From the NCBI GenBank assembly GCA_038230075.1, contig JBBRNV010000005.1, positions 14,071-78,070 on the forward strand: a DNA stretch of 64,000 bases. The letters are read 5' to 3'. This stretch comes from Minisyncoccia bacterium (GTDB lineage Bacteria > Patescibacteriota > Minisyncoccia > Phycocordibacterales > CALRBL01). This document shows positions 45,251-54,922 of the stretch, in pieces. A program made the position numbers and the translations under genes. A model generated the notes under the pieces. That model saw only the letters and a list, made by a program, of their open reading frames with translations, did no database searches and was not told the origin of the DNA. Position 1 is the first letter of the stretch; the number at the start of each line of letters is the position of its first letter.

Positions 45251-46354
45251 ATGAATAAAAAAATACAAATAACAGTATTAGTGGTAGCGGTGGTTGCAGT
45301 CATTATTGGCGTTACAATCTTCAGTAAAGATTCACAACAACCTAGTGACAAACCTCTCACCCTCGGCATCATGCTTCCACTTACAGGAGACTATGCAGCC
45401 GCAGGTCAGAACATGCAAAAAGGAATGGAATTAGCGTTGGATGAATATAAAAAGAGCCATCCTGAAGCGTCTATCAAAGTGGTTACTGAAGATGACGGAT
45501 ATGACGCAAAAAAAGGAGTTGCTGCATACAAGAAACTAACAGATCTTGATCATGTTGATGCAATCTTAATGCTTTCAACTCCAGTTATCGATGCAATTCA
45601 CGAAGATGTGGTAAAAAAGGGAATCCCTGTTATTCAACTTGGTGTTCAAACTGTTGGAATCGCAAACGACAACATCTTCCAATTTAGTCCCGCAGCTGAA
45701 TCCCCTATCGGATATCTTGCAACATACTTAAAAGATACTACTGACTTTAAATCTAAGAAAGTGGCCGTGATATATGACAACTCGGCTGCACAGATTAGTT
45801 TCTTTAAGGTCTTTCAAGAACGATACGGAAATGGATTCACTCCGTTTGTTGTGAATAGCAAAAGTGACTTACGTGGATACGCTTCGAAGATTGCGGTCGA
45901 AAAGTACGAATCAGTGGTAGTTATTGAATCCCCTGAAAACGGAGCAATCTTCACTAAAGAATTGCTCACTATTGATCCAACACTTCCAGTTCTTGCATAC
46001 GACGCACAGCTTCAAACAGGATTCGCCGACTACGGACGAATCTTGGGTGACACTAATAAAATTAACGGAGCTAAGTCTATGTGGTTTAAAGCAGGAAAGA
46101 CTGATGAATTCAAAACTCTCTTCAAAGCAAAGTACTCTGAAGAACCTGGATTTCTTGCAGACTTTGCCTTCGATATGGTTAATGTTGCACTCAACACTCA
46201 CAACAATAGTGATGCGGTATGGATAAGTAACCTACAGAAAGTTAATGATCCAAATGGTGTTTCTGGCTCTATCTCATTTGATGAACAAGGGGTCCGAATT
46301 CAACCCATGGTCATCACTCAGGTAACAAACGGTACGTTGGAACCGATTCAGTAA
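45251..46354 (+). CDS. Periplasmic/extracytoplasmic substrate-binding protein (LivJ/Peripla_BP_6-like), membrane-anchored, orphan
   Basis: LTLGIMLPLTGDYAAAGQNMQKGMELALDEY is typical of type-1 branched-chain amino-acid-binding proteins; no adjacent permease or ATPase. Confidence 0.75.
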   Translation: MNKKIQITVLVVAVVAVIIGVTIFSKDSQQPSDKPLTLGIMLPLTGDYAAAGQNMQKGMELALDEYKKSHPEASIKVVTEDDGYDAKKGVAAYKKLTDLDHVDAILMLSTPVIDAIHEDVVKKGIPVIQLGVQTVGIANDNIFQFSPAAESPIGYLATYLKDTTDFKSKKVAVIYDNSAAQISFFKVFQERYGNGFTPFVVNSKSDLRGYASKIAVEKYESVVVIESPENGAIFTKELLTIDPTLPVLAYDAQLQTGFADYGRILGDTNKINGAKSMWFKAGKTDEFKTLFKAKYSEEPGFLADFAFDMVNVALNTHNNSDAVWISNLQKVNDPNGVSGSISFDEQGVRIQPMVITQVTNGTLEPIQ

Positions 46355-46425
46355 GTCAAAAAGCAAGACAAACAAAAAGACCGGGCAAGAAGCTCGGTCT
46401 TTTTGTTATCTATTGAGAACTTCTA

Positions 46426-46899
46426 TTACTTAACTTCTGACATTGGAGCACTCATTCCATCCTTTTTTCCACACCAGCACATTCCTTGAGACATTCCACA
46501 TTTAAAGATTGAAAATCTTCCTGCGCCCAAGAATATTAATGCAATCGAGTTTAAAATAAGAAGAGCATTTGGAACGTATGCTGGAAATCCTGCTTTTCCT
46601 GTAACTGTAGCGATGGCAACAACCATAACCACTGAAAGGAAAATTGCAGAAACAGGAATAAGAATACCGAGCAAGATTGCAAGACCCCCAAGAAGTTCTC
46701 CCCAAGCAACAATGTAAGTTAGAAATGTTGGAATTCCGAGTTGTGCAAAAAACGCAACTGTCATTCCCATATCACTAACTTTCATCCAACCAAAAATAAT
46801 AAAAGTAATACCTACTCCGATTCGAAGCAGCAGAAGACCAAGGTCTTTTGCTGAACAATTCATAGAATCACATGATCCAGAACACATATTTTTAAACAT
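46426..46899 (-). CDS. DoxX-family membrane protein with Cys-rich termini
   Basis: LLLLRIGVGITFIIFGWMKV (DoxX motif). Cys clusters at both ends (CSGSCDSMNCS; CGMSQGMCWCGKK). Confidence 0.55.
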   Translation of the reverse strand: MFKNMCSGSCDSMNCSAKDLGLLLLRIGVGITFIIFGWMKVSDMGMTVAFFAQLGIPTFLTYIVAWGELLGGLAILLGILIPVSAIFLSVVMVVAIATVTGKAGFPAYVPNALLILNSIALIFLGAGRFSIFKCGMSQGMCWCGKKDGMSAPMSEVK

Positions 46900-46951
46900 A
46901 TAAAACGCTATTATCTTAATAATACGAACAACGCACATAACTATAGCATGT

Positions 46952-47662
46952 TTAAAACTTATCGGTTTTATTAATGATTTCTCTAAAAATAGGGTTGCCT
47001 GTGTGATTTTCAACTTGCTCAACAGCCCACATGGTTCCTTCGTGCTTTTCTTTTGTATTCGATATTTCTTCTTTTGTCAGCCACTTATTTTCACCCGAGT
47101 CGAATTTTTCAAGAAGAATTCCTCGTATATTTGTGGCACGAAATGCGTAGAAGAACTTATCTTCAAGAACCTCGCACTCTGTTGAGATATCAGTTCGATG
47201 TTCAATACAAAACAGTTCAATATCACCTTCAAGTCCAGACTCTTCCATTAATTCGCGCTTGGCGGCGTCAACAATTGATTCTCCGTATTTTATTTTCCCA
47301 CCCAGAAATGCATATACGCCAAAGAAGGGTTGCTTAAGACGTTTTTGAAAAAGATATTCTTTTGTTCCATCACCTCTTATTCGTACAGCAGCAATCAACA
47401 CACTTGTTTTTGCTTGTTTCTCAAATACCATTTCTTTGCTGTCGGTATCGAAACGATTAGCATATTCTTTTCCTTTAAGAGAAAGCTCGTATGTTCCTTT
47501 TTCGTTTTTCACAATTAAATTTTCTTCAACTAGTCTTTTAACATGAAAGTTGAAATGATCAGTCGTCATTCCCTTAGGAACCATGTCAGTAAATCGACTG
47601 TCTTTGGTAAACAACAAATGCTTCAAAATATACTTTTGGATGTCATGTGGGTTTTGATTCAT
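46952..47662 (-). CDS. NUDIX hydrolase with N-terminal winged-helix domain
   Basis: Nudix box GGKIKYGESIVDAAKRELMEESGL. Start moved to MNQNPHDIQ. Confidence 0.7.
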   Translation of the reverse strand: MNQNPHDIQKYILKHLLFTKDSRFTDMVPKGMTTDHFNFHVKRLVEENLIVKNEKGTYELSLKGKEYANRFDTDSKEMVFEKQAKTSVLIAAVRIRGDGTKEYLFQKRLKQPFFGVYAFLGGKIKYGESIVDAAKRELMEESGLEGDIELFCIEHRTDISTECEVLEDKFFYAFRATNIRGILLEKFDSGENKWLTKEEISNTKEKHEGTMWAVEQVENHTGNPIFREIINKTDKF

Positions 47663-47759
47663 ACAGGAACCATAGCAAGCGCTGTAAATTAATCTAGTAA
47701 AGTGAACTTCAGTAGTACATTTCAAATAACCCTTGTTTGTAAGGGTTATTTGGCAGAAG

Positions 47760-48008
47760 TTAACACCTGATAGCCCTTTCAGGACACCAAAGGTTAATAG
47801 CTGCACCGTTTCCAATCAAACGACGAATAAAAGGCCGATCAAAAAGCACGAACTGATGACCGCCACATCTCCACACAACCTGATCTCCTTTAAAACACAA
47901 AACTAAAGTTCTTGATTCAGTTGTGAATTGCGACGTTGTGAGAGAAACAATTCTCGTTTCTTCGTTTGTTTCAGAAAAAAATACTTCGTTAATAGGATCA
48001 AACTTCAT
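47760..48008 (-). CDS. Hypothetical 82-aa protein
   Basis: ORF only. Confidence 0.3.
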   Translation of the reverse strand: MKFDPINEVFFSETNEETRIVSLTTSQFTTESRTLVLCFKGDQVVWRCGGHQFVLFDRPFIRRLIGNGAAINLWCPERAIRC

Positions 48009-48090
48009 AGGAACTCCTTTCCAAAGAAAGTATCCAACATCTACTTAAATTTTCTTTGAAGTAAAGACTAAGAAGTGATAAAATATACAC

Positions 48091-48588
48091 ATGGCCGACG
48101 CTCACTCACCTGTTACGTGGAAAGCCCACGAATATCATCATTTTGAAAGAAGTACTGATTGGTATTGGGCGGTTGCACTCGTTGCTGTTTGTATTTGCGC
48201 ACTTTCAATATTCTTTGGAAATTATATCTTTGCGCTACTCATCATTGTTGCAGCGGCATCACTAACACTTCACGCAGCAAAAAGTCCGGAACTAACAAGT
48301 TTTGAATTAAATGAAGAAGGAATAAAGATTATTTCAATGAATGAATCGATTCTCTATCCTTATAAAAATCTCGAAGCATTTTGTGTTGAAGAACATAAAG
48401 ACGAAAACAACGAACTCATTCATGCAAAACTTTTAGTAAAGTCAAAACACTTCTTTATGCCATTCATCGTTATTATTGTTGACGAAATTACACCAGGAGA
48501 CGTACGAAGACACCTGATTCGTCACCTACAAGAACATGATTTATACGAACCACTTGGACAGCGAGTAATGGAATATTTAGGATTTTAG
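48091..48588 (+). CDS. Hypothetical membrane protein
   Basis: Two TM helices (WYWAVALVAVCICALSIFFGNYIFALLIIVAAASL). Confidence 0.45.
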   Translation: MADAHSPVTWKAHEYHHFERSTDWYWAVALVAVCICALSIFFGNYIFALLIIVAAASLTLHAAKSPELTSFELNEEGIKIISMNESILYPYKNLEAFCVEEHKDENNELIHAKLLVKSKHFFMPFIVIIVDEITPGDVRRHLIRHLQEHDLYEPLGQRVMEYLGF

Positions 48589-48599
48589 CTCAATCTCGC

Positions 48600-49763
48600 A
48601 TGATTCGATACGCCCGACAATTTTTATACATAACACTTGCTTGTGTTGTTATTACTATCATTATTAGTATTCATCTTTTTTCTGTAAAAGCTTCAACAGC
48701 ACCCATAAGCACACCAACTTCTGCCACCTTTCCAAACAAAGCATCAGTTACTGAAGTTGTTCAAGAGATAAAACAAGAAATAAAAACTTCAGACGTAAGA
48801 GCGTTGGTTAACAAAGAGGAGTACGACAAAAAAGTTATTCAGAATGCGAACATTAAACGTGTACCTGTCGGAAAAGTATCGACTTCAACCAAAACTTCAA
48901 CTTCAAGCACAACGACAGTAGCAACTTCAACATTGGTAAAAAGTTTGTGGCCGGCAAAAACTGTTTATCACTTAGAGGGAGCACTTCTTCCTTTTAATCG
49001 TATTGTTGCCTACTACGGAAACTTTTATTCAAAAAACATGGGGGTTCTTGGACAATATCCAAAAACTGAGATGCTCGCAAAACTAAATGGTGAAGTTGAA
49101 AAATGGAAATTAGCTGACCCCACAACCCCTGTTATTCCTGCAATTGACTACATAGCACTCACCGCCCAAGGAACTGCAGGAGATAGCGGCTACTACAGCT
49201 TACGAATGCCAAGCACTGAGATTGATAAAGCAGTTGCACTCGCAAATGAAATTGGTGGCATTGTTATTCTTGATACACAAGTAGGGCAAAGTAACGTAAA
49301 AATTGAAATTCCTCTTCTAGAAAAGTATTTAAAAATGCCCAATGTTCACTTGGCACTTGATCCAGAATTTTCAATGAAGAAAGGACAGAAGCCAGGAACT
49401 GTTATTGGCACCATGGATGCCACTGATATTAATTACGTCGCGAACTACTTAGCAAAGCTGGTGAAAGATAATAATATTCCTCCAAAAATTCTCATCGTTC
49501 ACCGATTCACTACACCAATGATCACTCATTCAAAAAGTATTACTCCCCTCCCAGAAGTTCAGATTGTAATCGATATGGATGGATGGAGTATGCCTTCAAA
49601 AAAGATTGCTGTGTACAATCAAATAGTTGCAAGTGAACCTGTTGAATTCACCGGATTCAAACTCTTTTATAAAAACGATCTTCGAGCACCAAGCACTCGA
49701 ATGACTACAACTTCAGAGATATTAAATCTCACCCCTCAACCAGTTTTCATTCAATATCAATAA
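48600..49763 (+). CDS. Hypothetical secreted/anchored protein (387 aa)
   Basis: N-terminal TM/signal, Thr/Ser-rich linker, globular C-terminal domain; no confident family. Confidence 0.5.
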   Translation: MIRYARQFLYITLACVVITIIISIHLFSVKASTAPISTPTSATFPNKASVTEVVQEIKQEIKTSDVRALVNKEEYDKKVIQNANIKRVPVGKVSTSTKTSTSSTTTVATSTLVKSLWPAKTVYHLEGALLPFNRIVAYYGNFYSKNMGVLGQYPKTEMLAKLNGEVEKWKLADPTTPVIPAIDYIALTAQGTAGDSGYYSLRMPSTEIDKAVALANEIGGIVILDTQVGQSNVKIEIPLLEKYLKMPNVHLALDPEFSMKKGQKPGTVIGTMDATDINYVANYLAKLVKDNNIPPKILIVHRFTTPMITHSKSITPLPEVQIVIDMDGWSMPSKKIAVYNQIVASEPVEFTGFKLFYKNDLRAPSTRMTTTSEILNLTPQPVFIQYQ

Positions 49764-49813
49764 AATTCAGCAAAGTTTGGTTGGAAGAATATGAAATTGC
49801 AAAAAATAAGTTT

Positions 49814-49885
49814 GAATGAGAGGATGTGATCACTCCTCGTCGTTCAATGGATAGGACATGAGTTTGCGGAACTCAAAATTTAGGT
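49814..49885 (+). tRNA. tRNA-like gene, by my fold tRNA-Arg with anticodon GCG (unusual; needs verification)
   Basis: CTCCTCG-TC-GTTCAATGGATAGGAC-A-TGAGT-TTGCGGA-ACTCA-AAAT-TTAGGTTCGATTCCTAA-CGAGGGG-A. Followed by a strong terminator. Confidence 0.45.
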
Positions 49886-49915
49886 TCGATTCCTAACGAG
49901 GGGAAAGCAAAAATA

Positions 49916-49955
49916 AAAAGCATCTAGTGGGAATGAATTCACTAGATGCTTTTTA
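49916..49955. terminator. Bidirectional intrinsic terminator (aagcatctagtg-loop-cactagatgctt + T-run)
   Basis: 12-bp perfect stem flanked by A-run and T-run, between the tRNA (+) and rpsT (-). Confidence 0.65.
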
Positions 49956-49963
49956 TTTTGTTT

Positions 49964-50227
49964 TTACTTAGCCTTCGCTACTAACTTTGCAAGTCGAGAC
50001 TTCTTTCGGTCAGCAGCACCTTTCTTGATAAGACCAGTTTTTGCCGCCTTATCGATAGCTTGAAATGCTTTTGAAAGCTCAGCTGCTGCTTTTTTAGCAT
50101 CACCTGATGTAGCCATCTTTCGGATGTCTTTTGAAGCATCTTTCATTACTTCTTTTCGTCGTAGATTGAATACTCGCTTTTTATCTGATCCTCGAAGAGC
50201 CTTTTTGGCTGATTTGGTAATTGGCAT
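49964..50227 (-). CDS. rpsT: 30S ribosomal protein S20
   Basis: MPITKSAKKALRGSDKKRVFNLRRK...GLIKKGAADRKKSRLAK matches S20. Start set at the internal Met. Confidence 0.85.
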   Translation of the reverse strand: MPITKSAKKALRGSDKKRVFNLRRKEVMKDASKDIRKMATSGDAKKAAAELSKAFQAIDKAAKTGLIKKGAADRKKSRLAKLVAKAK

Positions 50228-50303
50228 ATGTTCGACCAAATTAACACAAAAGGCGGTGTGGCGCAAGAGAGTAGTAGCGCCAAAGACCATATATACTTAG
50301 GCA

Positions 50304-50873
50304 ATGATCAGCCATCTTACAGGCACCCTCCTTCTTCTCGATATTCGATATGCAATTATTGATGTTAATGGCGTTGGATACAAAGTTTCAATCACCGGCG
50401 AAGTTGTTGAAAAACTCTCTCACAGCTTGAATACTACTGTCTCACTTCATACCTATTTAGCAGTTCGGGAAACCGCTCTCGACTTATACGGATTCATGAC
50501 TGCTTCAGACCTAGAGATGTTCGAATATCTCTTAACAGTTTCAGGAATTGGGCCAAAGTCTGCTCTTGGGGTGTTAAACATTGCGAATGCCAACACGGTT
50601 CGAGAAGCGGTGACTTCGGGCGACATTTCATATTTAACCAAAGTCTCAGGGATTGGAAAGAAAACTGCAGAAAAGATCATACTTGAACTTAAAGGAAAGC
50701 TCGGAGATGAAACAGAAATGCTCTCTGGAGGAAAGGATGCTGGTATTGCCATCGAAGGCCTTAAGGCGCTTGGATACAGTGAACGCGAGGCTCGTGATGC
50801 TATTAAAGACATGCCAAAAGATATGTCTCCTGAAGCTCTGCTCAAAGAGGCTCTTAAGAAGCTTGGATCTTAA
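50304..50873 (+). CDS. ruvA: Holliday junction DNA helicase RuvA
   Basis: MISHLTGTL...VNGVGYKV (OB domain), two HhH motifs (SGIGPKSA; VSGIGKKTAEKII). Confidence 0.9.
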   Translation: MISHLTGTLLLLDIRYAIIDVNGVGYKVSITGEVVEKLSHSLNTTVSLHTYLAVRETALDLYGFMTASDLEMFEYLLTVSGIGPKSALGVLNIANANTVREAVTSGDISYLTKVSGIGKKTAEKIILELKGKLGDETEMLSGGKDAGIAIEGLKALGYSEREARDAIKDMPKDMSPEALLKEALKKLGS

Positions 50874-50936
50874 GACACTCAAAACGGACGCAAATTTCAA
50901 CTTCCCTCTTTTACCCTTTTAGAATAGAGTATTTCC

Positions 50937-51860
50937 ATGCCAGAACTACCAGAAGTTCAAACCACCGTTGATGGAATTAAGAAAGTTGTTGTTGGAAGTG
51001 TAATTACTGATGTTTGGACCGACTATAACAGCCCTTATTACAAAGGATCAGAACAAATCAAAGATCCAACGTATTTTACATTTTTTAGAAAAGAACTTCT
51101 TGGAAAACAAATCATCGGTTCATCTCGTCGCGCAAAAAATGTATTAATTCATGTCGAAGGAGGTCTCACTATTCTTATTCATATGAAAATGACTGGCCAC
51201 ATAATGCACGGAACATTTGCCTTTGATGCCAAAAAGAAAAAAGATAAATGGTCACCTCTTGATGAAGGCCCCTTACAAGATCCTTTTAACAAATTTCTTC
51301 ATCTTGTTTTCTCTTTATCTTCAGGCAAAAGCTTAGTTCTCTCTGATATGCGAAAGTTTGCCAAAGTAACTTTGGTTAAAACCGCAGACATGAATTCAAC
51401 GATTCATTTTAAAGATCTGGGGCCAGAGCCACTCTCAAAAGAATTTACTCTAAAGGTTTTTATGGAAACAATTAATAAGAAACCAAAAGGAAAAATAAAG
51501 ACAGTTCTGATGGACCAATCTCTTATCGCAGGAATTGGAAATATTTATTCAGATGAAGTGTTGTGGAGAGCGGGAGTTCATCCTGAAGAATTGGTTTCAA
51601 ATATCCCCCACCCTCTCTTTAAAAAAATGTTTGATGCGATAAAAACAACACTCAATAAAGGAATCGATTTCGGCGGAGACTCAATGTCAGATTATCGAAA
51701 CATTTATGGTGAACCTGGAAAGTTTCAAGAACAACACCAAGCATACCGACAAACTAAAAAATCATGTAAGAAACCTAAGTGCAAGGGAATCATTCTTCGA
51801 AAGATGGTTGGAGGAAGAAGCGCTCACTTCTGCAGCGCTCATCAGTTGTTACAAAAATAA
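50937..51860 (+). CDS. mutM: Formamidopyrimidine-DNA glycosylase / Nei family
   Basis: N-terminal MPELPEVQ (catalytic Pro2/Glu3), H2TH domain, C-terminal zinc finger CKKPKCKG...HFCSAHQ. Confidence 0.85.
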   Translation: MPELPEVQTTVDGIKKVVVGSVITDVWTDYNSPYYKGSEQIKDPTYFTFFRKELLGKQIIGSSRRAKNVLIHVEGGLTILIHMKMTGHIMHGTFAFDAKKKKDKWSPLDEGPLQDPFNKFLHLVFSLSSGKSLVLSDMRKFAKVTLVKTADMNSTIHFKDLGPEPLSKEFTLKVFMETINKKPKGKIKTVLMDQSLIAGIGNIYSDEVLWRAGVHPEELVSNIPHPLFKKMFDAIKTTLNKGIDFGGDSMSDYRNIYGEPGKFQEQHQAYRQTKKSCKKPKCKGIILRKMVGGRSAHFCSAHQLLQK

Positions 51861-51916
51861 AAAACACCGAGTTGGAGTAACCCCACTCGATGCTTTTTAT
51901 TTTTATAGTCTATTTA

Positions 51917-54901
51917 TTACCGTCCGTATTTCTTCATGTAGTCTTGGGCCGCTTTAAATATTTTTTCTACTTCACTTGCACTTAACACTGAAGAAGCTGC
52001 TTGCTTAATTGCTTTTTCAGTTGTTGTATCAGCCTTTGCTGGAGCCACAGTTGTGGTAGTTGGTGTTGCAACTGTTTTGATAGGAGTGACGGTAGTTGTG
52101 GGTCGCGCACCAGTAGTTGCCGCCTGAGAAGCAGGTGCTGTCAAAGCAAATTTATTACTTGAGAAGTATTTGGTATTTGCGCCAGTTCCAACAATCATTC
52201 CCACATTCCATACATAACCAGATCCAAAGCTGACAAAGGTTGGAATTTTAACTGATTGTGATCCTGCTGCTAACGACACATTTGTTGCCAATATTGTTCG
52301 TTCGCCATCTTCTCTAACAATATAGAGATTTCCAACTGTCGCACCTCCAATATTTTGACTCCACGAAAGTGTTGTTGTTGATCCAGACTGGAGTGAAGTC
52401 ACAAATGGATAGGCTGGGTAAGTAAATCCAAGTGTTCCAGTTATAGGATTTGAGGGTGTGAGGTCAGCGAGTTTAACAGTTATAAGGGTTGGTGACGATG
52501 AAGAGTTTCCCCCGTGACCATTATCAGCAATAGCACTTACAGCGATTTTAAGATCTCCTTCAATAAAATGTGCGTATTCTGGACTACCTGAGTCAATAGA
52601 AACAATTCCATCTGCAGAGGCAGACAAATATGTTGGAGGAGTTCCAATTTGTCCAAATTGATAGTAGTAACTAAATGCACCAGGAGAACTTACTTTAAAT
52701 TGGTAACTATTACCGTGTCCATATCCTAACACTTGGCCATTCACTGGATATGCAAAAACCGGAGAAAGTACCGAGACTCCTTGACCAACAAGATTAACTG
52801 TTACTGTTGCTCCCGACACAAGACAAAATCCTCCAGAGTAGCAAACATCAACACTAACTTTTAATAAACCCGAGTGTATCTTTTTGTATAAATCATCTCC
52901 TTGTTGAACTGCAATCTGACCATTTTGAGAGTTAAGTGTGCCGAGTTCGACACCATTTTGAGAGAAATTAAATCTGTAATTAGTTACTGTTCCAGAACCT
53001 GAAGCAGTTGCTTTGAATAGATAGCTATTGCCCCAACTCCAGTTTAACGTTTGATCGTTGTGTGGGTAATCAAATGAAACGGCTGAAGGGGTTTGAGATG
53101 TTGAAGTTGCATAACGAACACCTAATTGAAGAGTATTTTGAATTGTAGGACCAAAATTTCCACCCGGAGTAATTGTTAATGCATTACAATTTGTTTTTAA
53201 AGCATAAAGATTATTTGCTTCGCCATAGTGCTGCAAGCCTTCAAAGTAGCTGTTTAATGATCCATTTGTATTATCAAACGTGACATTGAAAGCTGGGACT
53301 GAAGATGTTGCTGGGTAAGAAGTAGTTTGGGCAATAGTTTGATTTGTTCCGTTTTGTGCTGAGCGCGAAATAGTACAGATTAAATTACTGATACCAGTAA
53401 TAGGGGCATTGGGATCTTGAGCTGCTACGACCGTGAGTCTAAGTTTTTGTATATTTTGAAAGTCTACTCCAAGAACGCCTGTAGATGTGTATGTAGAACT
53501 AGTCCCTGAATTTGAAATACCGAAGATTACAGTTGATGCAGCACCTGTTGTGTTTTGAACAAGAAGTGAAGGATTAAATATCACAAGCTTAACTGTCGAA
53601 GTAGGTGTCACAACAACTGGACCAGATTGAGAAATGGCCAAACCATTAACCTGACTTCTTCCGTTTGTTGGGCTATAGATATTCATGGCAACACTTTGTG
53701 TTATTGGAGGAAGTACTTGTCCAACAATAAACGAGTAGGTGTTTACATCAGTTCCAATAATAGAAATAGTTCGTGTGATAAGCGGTGAATTAAGTGGAAT
53801 TGTTTTAGTCGATGTTGTTGAGTTTCCTCTTATTTCAAGAAAGTCAGTGTCTCGGTTTTCATATTTAGTGTCGAAAGAAACACTCTGAGTTCCAAATGAA
53901 TTGTTTTGATCAAAAGAAATAGCATTTGGACTAACGTTTGTCATTACAGGAGCTTTTGCATCACTAGGTGATCCTGTTACATACAATAATCGGTCAACAC
54001 TTTTTCCATTTAGAGGATTCTCGACTGCAACTTCATAGTATCCCTCTTCAGGAACAAGATTCGATGGTGTGAAGCTGTAGATACTTCTTCCAGTCTCATC
54101 ACTTACGGTAAAAACATTCGAACTAAGTGCAATTCTTTTAAATACAGGAGCGTTGTTGCCCTCATTTCGAACCGTTAACACATCTGTCTTTCGATTGATT
54201 CTTTCTCCAACAAAACTTGCTGTACCATTAAGAGCTACTGGATATGGAGTGATACTACTTAAGTTTGGACCTTTTTCACCAACAACTGCAACATATGCGG
54301 TCTTAGGACCTGTCATTTGGTATGGTTCCAAGTGAAAACTTTGATCATTCCACCCAATGTCTTTGATGTCTGTTTTGTGAGGCGCCTTGTAAAACTGTAC
54401 GTAACTTAGACCCCAAGCATATACACCAGAAGGGATATCTTTTGTTTCAATAGCTCTTGAGGTTCTAAAGTATGCTGAGGCACCTGATTGAATTTTATAA
54501 ACAACTTGTCCTGAACTATAAAATCCTGGTGGAATTGTGATAGGTGTTGCTCCTCCCAAATGTTCAATGCTCGTAGAACTAAAATTAACATTGACAGAAG
54601 TGTCCGGATCTTGTTTTCCATAGAGACTTAAACTTGCTAATTCAACATACACATCATCAGGGCTGTCATTTCTAAAAAGAAAACGTGCTTTCCCATTGAG
54701 AAATACTTTTCCAGCAGTGTCTCGAATAATGTTATTTGACGTTCGAACAACTTGTGCACTTTGTGGAGGCGCTGAAAAAGACTGAGCGCTTGCAGTTAGC
54801 GCTCCTGCTCCAGTAACGAGAAGTAGTGCAGCAATTAAACTTCCTGCAAAACTTTTTTTAGTAAACAACGAAACCTTCCCTATTGGGTTAGTAATTCTCA
54901 T
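51917..54901 (-). CDS. Large (994 aa) secreted Ser/Thr/Asn-rich surface protein, paralog of 30439..32316
   Basis: Signal peptide. Shared C-terminal module PSNPITGTLGFTYPAYPFVTSLQSGSTTTLSWSQNIGGATVGNLYI. Thr-rich linker near the C-terminus. Confidence 0.75.
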   Translation of the reverse strand: MRITNPIGKVSLFTKKSFAGSLIAALLLVTGAGALTASAQSFSAPPQSAQVVRTSNNIIRDTAGKVFLNGKARFLFRNDSPDDVYVELASLSLYGKQDPDTSVNVNFSSTSIEHLGGATPITIPPGFYSSGQVVYKIQSGASAYFRTSRAIETKDIPSGVYAWGLSYVQFYKAPHKTDIKDIGWNDQSFHLEPYQMTGPKTAYVAVVGEKGPNLSSITPYPVALNGTASFVGERINRKTDVLTVRNEGNNAPVFKRIALSSNVFTVSDETGRSIYSFTPSNLVPEEGYYEVAVENPLNGKSVDRLLYVTGSPSDAKAPVMTNVSPNAISFDQNNSFGTQSVSFDTKYENRDTDFLEIRGNSTTSTKTIPLNSPLITRTISIIGTDVNTYSFIVGQVLPPITQSVAMNIYSPTNGRSQVNGLAISQSGPVVVTPTSTVKLVIFNPSLLVQNTTGAASTVIFGISNSGTSSTYTSTGVLGVDFQNIQKLRLTVVAAQDPNAPITGISNLICTISRSAQNGTNQTIAQTTSYPATSSVPAFNVTFDNTNGSLNSYFEGLQHYGEANNLYALKTNCNALTITPGGNFGPTIQNTLQLGVRYATSTSQTPSAVSFDYPHNDQTLNWSWGNSYLFKATASGSGTVTNYRFNFSQNGVELGTLNSQNGQIAVQQGDDLYKKIHSGLLKVSVDVCYSGGFCLVSGATVTVNLVGQGVSVLSPVFAYPVNGQVLGYGHGNSYQFKVSSPGAFSYYYQFGQIGTPPTYLSASADGIVSIDSGSPEYAHFIEGDLKIAVSAIADNGHGGNSSSSPTLITVKLADLTPSNPITGTLGFTYPAYPFVTSLQSGSTTTLSWSQNIGGATVGNLYIVREDGERTILATNVSLAAGSQSVKIPTFVSFGSGYVWNVGMIVGTGANTKYFSSNKFALTAPASQAATTGARPTTTVTPIKTVATPTTTTVAPAKADTTTEKAIKQAASSVLSASEVEKIFKAAQDYMKKYGR

Positions 54902-54922
54902 GTAATTTGTTAATTTATTAAT

